From NCBI GenBank assembly GCA_963729895.1, contig CAVSQB010000005.1:1-64000 (forward strand): 64,000 nucleotides of DNA, written 5' to 3'. Positions 57,193 to 64,000 of this stretch are shown here, in pieces; position 1 is the first letter of the stretch, and each line of letters begins with the position of its first letter. Both the position numbers and the translations under genes were made by a program. A model generated the notes under the pieces. That model ran no database searches and was not told where the DNA came from. It worked only from the letters and a program-made list of their open reading frames with translations. The DNA comes from an uncultured Fibrobacterota bacterium. Lineage in GTDB: Bacteria; Fibrobacterota; Chitinivibrionia; Chitinivibrionales; FEN-1185.

Positions 57193-58881
57193 ATGGCTCA
57201 ATGTTCAAGAGTAATGAGTGCCATCATTGTGGCTGGATGCTTTCTGTTTGCCGCGCATGCCCAGATAAACATTACGGGAAAGGTTACCGATCCCTTAACG
57301 TATAATGGCGTGAAGGGCGCACTGGTGACCCTCAAGGTGGCCAATCTTTCTGCAACTACGAATGACACCGGGGGGTACACTATTTCAAGCGGGATTGCTG
57401 TCCGCTTCTTTGGCCAAGGCCAAGGCCAGATTATACGAACGCCGTTTTTCAAGCAAAATATTCTCTCCTTTGGCGTTGCGAATGACGGCGAACAAGTCCG
57501 GCTGGACGTGTACAGTCTGACGGGCCGACGCGTGGCATGTATCCTTGACAGGACCTTGAATTCGGGCAACTACCAGATTACCCCGTACCTATCGACCTTG
57601 GCAAACCAGGTTTATTTTGTCAAGCTCCAGGCTGGGGCCAAGACTTCCATGTTCAAGATGCCTTTTGTGGACAAGCGCGCTGCTGCGTCAGGCGGCACGC
57701 TCAAGACATCCGACTTTGGAGAACTCTCGACGGGCCTTGCAAAGGCGGCCGCCGCCGTCAACGATACTCTTGTAGTAACTGCAACAGGGTACAACACCAC
57801 TACAAAGCCCATTACATCCTATTCCGGTACCTTAAACCTGTGGCTTGTGACAACCGGGACTCACGCCGGTACAATCATGTTTGACAACGGCTCGTATTCC
57901 GGATGCCAGACTGCCGCTTCAGTCATCGTTCAGGACCTGGATCTTTGGGGCCCAACCGCCCCTCAGACCGTCCAGGTGCGGGTGTGGGACCATGCCGATC
58001 CAATCGGATTTTCGCTCTCGCTCAAACTTGATACCACAGGGGCCGGACTGTACGACGCCTTAATTCATTTCAACATTAATGCATCCGATTCCGTAACGCA
58101 TACGCTGAAGGTTCAGCAACCGGCGGAAGCGATGGGCGACAGCATATATGCAGTATACGTGGATGCTGCTCCGCCGGCAATAGACACCACCATGGTCCAG
58201 TGGTCCGGAAACGTGGGAAATGTCGGTCCCGGAGCTTCGCAATACTTTGGTTTGGCATTTCCAATAATCGTCAATCTCAACGATCCCGACCTTACCGACT
58301 CGCTCGCCTATGTGTTCGCAAAGGACTCAGCAGATACCGCGGGCATTAAAATGACCCTTAATCCGGTTCCCGGGTCCACCGGCAGCTACTCGGGCAAATT
58401 GTGGGTCTCGACAGCCGGTTCGTCCCAGGCTAACGGCGTGCTCAAGGTATTTGGGCAGAACATTCTTTCCGGAGAGGGCATCACACTGATATACAACGAT
58501 CTCACGCCGAAGCAAACTGAGTATGGCAGTATCTGCACCTGGTTCCCGACGCTTGGAACGATTACGACGGATTCGCTCGCTTATCACACGCTCGGCGACA
58601 CCATGGCCATAACCCTCACCGACAACGATATCAGCCTTCCCAAAGCGGCGGTGCGGGTGACGAGCAAGAAGGACCCAACCGGGTTCATCGACAGCCTTAG
58701 CTTTAACGGCACAAGCTACAGCAGAAAATTCGGCGGGAACGTGGGATTCTCCACAACCGCTGCTTCGTCGGCGGCAAACAGCATCATAGCGGTGCAGAAT
58801 CCCGACACTATCACGATTATCTACACCGATGCCAACCCGGATAGTGTGGTGACTCGGAAAGTGCCCTGGAGCCTGCAGTAG
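57193..58881 (+). CDS. Secreted repeat protein with internal T9SS-like domain
   Basis: Signal peptide; VYSLTGRRV; GLAKAAAAVNDTL; three ~110-aa repeats (D.DL...DP.G..L...I...Y.D). Confidence 0.75.
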   Translation: MAQCSRVMSAIIVAGCFLFAAHAQINITGKVTDPLTYNGVKGALVTLKVANLSATTNDTGGYTISSGIAVRFFGQGQGQIIRTPFFKQNILSFGVANDGEQVRLDVYSLTGRRVACILDRTLNSGNYQITPYLSTLANQVYFVKLQAGAKTSMFKMPFVDKRAAASGGTLKTSDFGELSTGLAKAAAAVNDTLVVTATGYNTTTKPITSYSGTLNLWLVTTGTHAGTIMFDNGSYSGCQTAASVIVQDLDLWGPTAPQTVQVRVWDHADPIGFSLSLKLDTTGAGLYDALIHFNINASDSVTHTLKVQQPAEAMGDSIYAVYVDAAPPAIDTTMVQWSGNVGNVGPGASQYFGLAFPIIVNLNDPDLTDSLAYVFAKDSADTAGIKMTLNPVPGSTGSYSGKLWVSTAGSSQANGVLKVFGQNILSGEGITLIYNDLTPKQTEYGSICTWFPTLGTITTDSLAYHTLGDTMAITLTDNDISLPKAAVRVTSKKDPTGFIDSLSFNGTSYSRKFGGNVGFSTTAASSAANSIIAVQNPDTITIIYTDANPDSVVTRKVPWSLQ

Positions 58882-58914
58882 TTAGTCGTACGGTGTTCGT
58901 CGTTTTTTGACTCG

Positions 58915-58946
58915 TAAAAAAGGCATCCTTTGGGATGCCTTTTTTA
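58915..58946 (+). terminator. Rho-independent terminator
   Basis: AAAAAAGGCATCC-TTTG-GGATGCCTTTTTT. Confidence 0.9.
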
Positions 58947-59051
58947 TTGATCTTTACGGAAGATAAGGCCGGTATTTCCTTCAGGTGCTCGATTTTCCCG
59001 CAGCACTCCGGTTGCAGTTTAAATCGTTATTTACGGACAAGCTCTAAACAT

Positions 59052-59119
59052 GATTCTGGATTGCCGAGCCGGTGCGGCGAATACCAAATACGATTTTGGA
59101 TTGCTGAGCCGGTGCGGCG
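59052..59119. repeat. Two 28-bp direct repeats, period 40 bp
   Basis: GATTCTGGATTGCCGAGCCGGTGCGGCG / GATTTTGGATTGCTGAGCCGGTGCGGCG. Confidence 0.9.
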
Positions 59120-59261
59120 TGGATGTACCCGCGGCAAGCCCGTAACTTCGGTTGCGCGCACCGTAATAGCACCCGGTTACAAGATTCTCAACCGAGCTAA
59201 CTCGTCAACTTTGCAACTATTGGTAGCTCGATCTATCTTGACAATTGTGGACATTGCCTTC

Positions 59262-59638
59262 TGCCAAGCGCACGGGTGCCCAGACCATTGTGTGAAAGTA
59301 CATCAAAACATCTGTGTGCCACGCTCACCCTTGAGCGTGCCGTAATGCGGTAGCCCTGCGTCTTCAAAAATCGCACAGGTGGCCTAATCCTGTGAGATCA
59401 GGTCTGGCCGTAGTGCCGGAAAACTGAGTGTGGTCCTCGGCCTATGCCAGGAAATACAAGAAAGGTGTAATTCCGGATACCTTTGCCATGCCTGTTGCAA
59501 TGCCAAATCCTCAATACTGGAGAATAGGTGCTTTTTGAAGGAAAATTGCTATTGTGTTTTCCAAATCACGGTCCGGGGGACCGTGGCACACGGTTGGTTG
59601 TTTCGGTCACAGGGCTAGGGCACCCGTGCGGATTTGCA
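59262..59638. repeat. Pair of diverged ~110-bp inverted repeats, each with an internal hairpin
   Basis: Shared blocks TTTTTGAAG, CGTGGCACAC and GGGCACCCGTGCG in opposite orientations. Confidence 0.75.
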
Positions 59639-59852
59639 AAAAGTTAAGAACAGCATAACTCTCGACAGTATTGAAAAGACGGCAACTGATTTTTCAGACG
59701 AGATCGATGCAAGAAACAATGGGAAGCCATGGCGGAGGAAATAATGTGTAATGAAAAATCCATTGATGCATCTTCACGGCTGTTTTTAGCGTTTTCTCTA
59801 TCCCGCCTCCAAAAGGAGAAATGGATCCCGTGTCTTTCTCCTACGGGAATTT

Positions 59853-60680
59853 CTACATCGTCGGCTTCAGCGAAACGCCCACCCCGGATTTGTATACGTC
59901 AACCACAAGATACGAGCACCCGGGGTAATTGTTGGTGGGATCGTAATTGTGCAGGAGCCGGAAATTAGTGAAAAACGGGATCCCGTTCCGGTAACCGCAC
60001 CAGTAGCCGTGGAAATGCCCGGAAAAGTAGGCGAGGACATTGTAGTCGTCCAGCATGCGGAACAATTCGATTGAGTTGTCGACTGCAAAGCGCGGCGAGT
60101 CCGGGTGCATGGGAAAATGAGTGAACACCAGAAGCGGCATCGAGCGAGGAATGTGTGAAAGCGTTTTCTTGAGCCACAGCTTGGTTGAAACTTTTACCGT
60201 CACCTGGGCCTTGGGGCCGTTTGACAAATCGAGAAACAGCATCCCCACGTTCTTGTGAATAAAGAAATGGTCTTCGTGCGCCTCGCTGAACACCGAGGCG
60301 AAATTTTGTTTTCCTTCGTCGCCCGGCCCGGTTATGTCGTGATTTCCGATAAGCGGGTAATAGGGTTTGTGAATCCCTCTGTCGAACTGTTTCTTGAGCG
60401 ATGCCAACTCGTCGACCGTGCCGTTGTCCGTGAGGTCGCCCGCCAGGACGGCAAACTCCCACCCGCCGACTCCGATGGTATTGGGGTTGTCCCATTCGTC
60501 AAAGACTTTCTTCAGCATGGCGCTGTCCACTGCGCCTCTGTAATGGATATCGTTACAGAAGATGAACCGGAAACGCCGTTCCGAACGGGAGGACGAATCC
60601 CCGGACCTGGTGCATGAATAGAGGCAGACCAGGGAAACGAGTGCAATGCACGGGAACATGATGACGCGGATTGGTTTCAT
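59853..60680 (-). CDS. Calcineurin-like metallophosphoesterase (lipoprotein)
   Basis: DIH, AGDLTD, GNHD, HFP and SGHFH; LYSC lipobox-like. Confidence 0.92.
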   Translation of the reverse strand: MKPIRVIMFPCIALVSLVCLYSCTRSGDSSSRSERRFRFIFCNDIHYRGAVDSAMLKKVFDEWDNPNTIGVGGWEFAVLAGDLTDNGTVDELASLKKQFDRGIHKPYYPLIGNHDITGPGDEGKQNFASVFSEAHEDHFFIHKNVGMLFLDLSNGPKAQVTVKVSTKLWLKKTLSHIPRSMPLLVFTHFPMHPDSPRFAVDNSIELFRMLDDYNVLAYFSGHFHGYWCGYRNGIPFFTNFRLLHNYDPTNNYPGCSYLVVDVYKSGVGVSLKPTM

Positions 60681-60744
60681 TATTGAACTAATTCTATCAT
60701 CGCGTATCATGGAGTGCAATCTCCTTCTCCTAAAAGCCGCCTGC

Positions 60745-62451
60745 CTATCTATACTGTTTGATCTTTGCGTACAGTTCGGAGCGCAAATACGTGCCTCCGC
60801 GGAAGGGGAGGCGGCCGTCGGCAAGCGGAACGTTCAGCAGGTTTTCGCCGCCGGTGCGCAGCCGGTAGGCGATGCCGCTGAGGGAAAGCACGGTGGGTGC
60901 AATGTCAAGAAACGATGCCACGCAGTTTGTCTCGCAGTGCACGCGCGAATCCGGGGTAATCACAAAAAGCGGGACGTATTCGAAGAACCGGCTGTCGTAG
61001 GTGTACGATGCCTTCTTGTAAACGATGAATGAGTTTATGGGAGTGTGGTCGCCGTACATGAATATATAGCAGCCCGGGTTCGATTCCCGGATGCTCTTGA
61101 TAAATGCGCTCAATTCACGGTCTACATACGACATTGAGTTGTAATACGCTATGGTGTGATCGTCGGGTATCGAGTCGAAGAGCTCGTTGTGGTAATACGG
61201 GTTCACCAGGGTAAACGGCTCATGGCTGCTCATGGTGATGATGTGGTACAAAAAGGGCTCACGCTGGGTGGGAAGTCGTGTCTTGACAAAATCGAAGACT
61301 CCCCCGTCGGGCGCACCCCAACTTATCTCCTTGAGCCCCATGGCGGCTATGTCGTAGAATTTGTCGTATCCCATCTTCTTGAATATTTCGATCCGATTGT
61401 CGAACTGCCCCCAGTTGCCGTGGAAAACAAAGGTCCCGTAGTTGCCCTTGACAAGCCGTTTGAGCATGGAATTCGCATACCGGTAATTCTTGAGCCGGTT
61501 TGTGGGAAAGTCCGCGAGCGGCTCAAGGCTGTTGATGACGGAAAACTCGCAGTCGGTGGTGAGCCCCGCCTCATGATAGCTGAGCGCATACGGAAAAAAA
61601 AGGCATTTCTCGGAAAGATCGTGGAGAAAGGGCGTCACAAAGGCCCCTTTGTATTTCCGTTCGATTATGTATGCATCCATAGACTCCACCTGGATCAGGA
61701 CGAAATCCGGATGCTTGCTTTTCACCGCCGGTGCCGATATTTCCGGGCCGTACCGCAGGCCCAGGGAATGCTCATTTGTTTTTCGGTAGTTGAGGAGATC
61801 GGCGATGTTGAACACAAGCAAGCCGTATTTCTTGACCATGGCGACGTCCGAAAAAGACGGATCGGCGATGTTGTACTTCGAGGAAAACGACTGAGGGTTC
61901 CACAGCAAAACGGCGACAACGACGGCAACGGCGGCGCACTGCAGCGCAGGCTTGAAAAATACCCGTTTGTTTAGCTTCCAGAACCTCGAATACACAATGA
62001 TCATGGCAATGACAAAAGGTGCGTCAACGGCAAGGAGCCACAGGCGTGCGTCAAGAGGGACCTTCGTATTTCTCGCAAGATCGACGGCCTCGGAATAGAG
62101 GCGTATGAACTGGCTGAAACGGAGGTACTCGTTAAGGCTGAAATGGTAGGTGAGGTTGAGAGCCATGTAGAACGTCTGGAGAAGATAAAAACCGGCGAGC
62201 CAGAACCAGTGACGGGGCCTGGTGAGAAAGATGAGAATAAATACGCATAGAATGATATTCCTGAAAAAACTTTGAAAGAGAAGCGGGAAAGACGACAGGA
62301 GCGGCACGTCTATAAGGCACCGGTAAAAGAAGGACATTTTGAGCGCGTTTGCGGCCGCAAAAAGAAGGAAGATCAGAGCCGGCGCCGCGGCTGGCTTCCG
62401 CATTGTCTTCACGAGGGCCGGGACAAAAGGCGGCATTGCTGGTCTTGTCAT
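60745..62451 (-). CDS. LTA synthase family (LtaS/MdoB-like) phosphoglycerol transferase
   Basis: N-terminal TM segments; IQVESM, GLTTDCEF (Thr nucleophile), FHGN, TMSSHEPF and YGDH. Confidence 0.9.
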   Translation of the reverse strand: MTRPAMPPFVPALVKTMRKPAAAPALIFLLFAAANALKMSFFYRCLIDVPLLSSFPLLFQSFFRNIILCVFILIFLTRPRHWFWLAGFYLLQTFYMALNLTYHFSLNEYLRFSQFIRLYSEAVDLARNTKVPLDARLWLLAVDAPFVIAMIIVYSRFWKLNKRVFFKPALQCAAVAVVVAVLLWNPQSFSSKYNIADPSFSDVAMVKKYGLLVFNIADLLNYRKTNEHSLGLRYGPEISAPAVKSKHPDFVLIQVESMDAYIIERKYKGAFVTPFLHDLSEKCLFFPYALSYHEAGLTTDCEFSVINSLEPLADFPTNRLKNYRYANSMLKRLVKGNYGTFVFHGNWGQFDNRIEIFKKMGYDKFYDIAAMGLKEISWGAPDGGVFDFVKTRLPTQREPFLYHIITMSSHEPFTLVNPYYHNELFDSIPDDHTIAYYNSMSYVDRELSAFIKSIRESNPGCYIFMYGDHTPINSFIVYKKASYTYDSRFFEYVPLFVITPDSRVHCETNCVASFLDIAPTVLSLSGIAYRLRTGGENLLNVPLADGRLPFRGGTYLRSELYAKIKQYR

Positions 62452-62507
62452 GTATGTTCTCCTTATCGCACGATTATTGCCCGACAGAGGCCTTGAGCCG
62501 AATCTTT

Positions 62508-63593
62508 TTATGGTTTAAGCGTCGCACTGTCCGGCATCCACACATGATACTCTTTTCTTCTCACGTTCCACGGGTGCATCCAGTGAAAATAGTAGAACGA
62601 CCGCGGCCGCACCAGCGGAGCGCTGTCGGAAACAATTGCCTGTCTCACGGGCGTGCCGTCGGGCCACGCGCCCATGAAACGCTGGGAAGCGCTTTCGGGG
62701 CCGAGGGCCATGGCTTGCGCCGCAGGGTTGCCGGTGAAGGCATAGTCCGACAGCGCATCAACATATTTGAAAATACCGTAATAGTCAAGCGCATCGGCGG
62801 ACGTTTGCCCGTGGTCGAAGGTGGTCGGCGTGGAATGATCTGCAACAAGCCGGCAGCGGCTTGACGCATTTGAGTCGCTCAGGAGGATCACGAACTTTTT
62901 CCCTGAGGCCGGAATGCCTATGGTTTGGAAGATGTCCTTTGCCATCCGGTGGTCGTTGCAGTCGTCGTCCTGGAACACCTCGGCAATGAGCTTGACATTG
63001 GGTGGAAAGCGTTCAAGCTGTTTCTGTGTTATTCCAAAGACGTAGTGCGGCGCCATGAGATACATGAAAGCGCCGCCGGCGCCCCATTTCAGCCGGACAA
63101 GCGCCCGGTACATGTGCGAAGGAATACAGCTCGCGCCGAACGAATGCCCGATCATGCCGATGCGCGTGGTGTCGACGTACGGCGCCCACGAGCGGGCGGC
63201 GTGCCGCACGCCGCGGAACATGCGGCGATACGTGGGGCCCTGGTACGGGAACGATATCATGCGGTAGGTAAGAAACACGACGCAGTAGCCCCTGCTCGCC
63301 AGGTGGCGCAGAGTTCGTTCATAGGTAACCGGGTCATTGCCGCCTTTGCCCATGCCCGGGAAGAAGTAGACAAGGGGGAGCGGCTGCCGCACGTTTGCCG
63401 GGCGGAACAGGTAGTATTTGTCGTGAACCAGAAATCTGCCGCTAACACTGTCCACCGTTACCGGCAAGGCGCCGTCGGCCCCGTAGCCGGATGAAATGGG
63501 AGGAATGGCATCGGGGCACCGCCCCTCGATTTCAATCATCAGGGAAAAAACAAGTGCGAGTATGAGCGAATAGTTGGTCTTCATCACGTTCAT
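62508..63593 (-). CDS. Secreted alpha/beta hydrolase (chlorophyllase/lipase-like)
   Basis: Signal-like N-terminus; HLASRGY; GHSFG nucleophile elbow; DH candidate catalytic His. Confidence 0.85.
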   Translation of the reverse strand: MNVMKTNYSLILALVFSLMIEIEGRCPDAIPPISSGYGADGALPVTVDSVSGRFLVHDKYYLFRPANVRQPLPLVYFFPGMGKGGNDPVTYERTLRHLASRGYCVVFLTYRMISFPYQGPTYRRMFRGVRHAARSWAPYVDTTRIGMIGHSFGASCIPSHMYRALVRLKWGAGGAFMYLMAPHYVFGITQKQLERFPPNVKLIAEVFQDDDCNDHRMAKDIFQTIGIPASGKKFVILLSDSNASSRCRLVADHSTPTTFDHGQTSADALDYYGIFKYVDALSDYAFTGNPAAQAMALGPESASQRFMGAWPDGTPVRQAIVSDSAPLVRPRSFYYFHWMHPWNVRRKEYHVWMPDSATLKP

Positions 63594-63853
63594 GTTCTAC
63601 ATTCGCGCGGCAACAGATCACGAACACATCTCTGGTGACCAGAGGGAATCACCACCATATTTTGACATTTCCGCCCGGTATTTTCCAGGGCCAAATGATC
63701 GTTCTGCGGAATTTTCGGTTTGGTGGCGGAAAAGGCCGTTGCCGCTAAGGGCTTGGTTCTCAACAAAGTGCTCCATTTTGAGGTGCTGAAGGCCGTAATC
63801 CTGTCAGAAGAAGACGGAAGAGCACAGGTGGCAGGGTTGAAAGGAGGCGTTCG

Positions 63854-64000
63854 ATGAAGACGCAAGCGAGTCTCAATGAAATGCGTGGATTCACCGTTAA
63901 TGCCACGGACGGGCAAATTGGAAAAGTGAAGGACTTCTATTTTGACGACCGGACATGGAAGCTGCGATATGTGGTCGTTGCACTCGGGAACGCGGCTCCG
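63854..64000 (+). CDS. PRC-barrel domain protein (runs off window end)
   Basis: AAGGAGG SD; MKTQASLNEMRGFTVNATDGQIGKVKDFYFDDRTWKLRYVVV. Confidence 0.85.
   Translation, partial: MKTQASLNEMRGFTVNATDGQIGKVKDFYFDDRTWKLRYVVVALGNAAP

Noticed and set aside
59052..59119. CRISPR mini-array
   Set aside because: Only two repeats, a 12-bp spacer and no cas genes

Overview
A 64-kb bacterial chromosomal segment, most consistent with Fibrobacterota (Chitinivibrionia/Chitinispirillales-like). The basis is three fibro-slime proteins, a TIGR02171-like protein and many secreted proteins with T9SS-CTD/FlgD-like 'Y(S/D)L(S/T)GR' domains. Mobile elements: four complete or nearly complete IS elements with visible terminal inverted repeats (two near-identical inverted IS5 copies, one IS1595, one IS4); target duplications are visible for all but the edge-truncated first IS5. 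Surface and secreted genes: a tandem array of three fibro-slime genes, a 2176-aa InlB-B-repeat lipoprotein next to a PEGA Ser/Thr kinase, a GH64 and a bacterial thaumatin-like beta-1,3-glucanase, and a type IV pilin. Other content: an initiator tRNA-Met followed by an accessory region with a sigma54-controlled sulfane-sulfur/thiol-redox operon, a split MFS/spermidine synthase, an LTA-synthase-like gene and several pseudogene remnants. The most notable signals are: (i) the fibro-slime genes form a length ladder (1, 2 and 3 copies of a stalk unit, about 325 aa per step), share an ~850-bp identical 3' tract and share an upstream TGAACC-N16-CGACTA motif; (ii) a T9SS-like domain appears inserted inside an N-terminal domain in two proteins; (iii) an unexplained pair of inverted, covarying ~110-nt structured elements lies between convergent genes at 59.3-59.6 kb. 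No CRISPR array, reverse transcriptase, integrase or prophage was seen. All family assignments were made by eye from motifs, not by database search.
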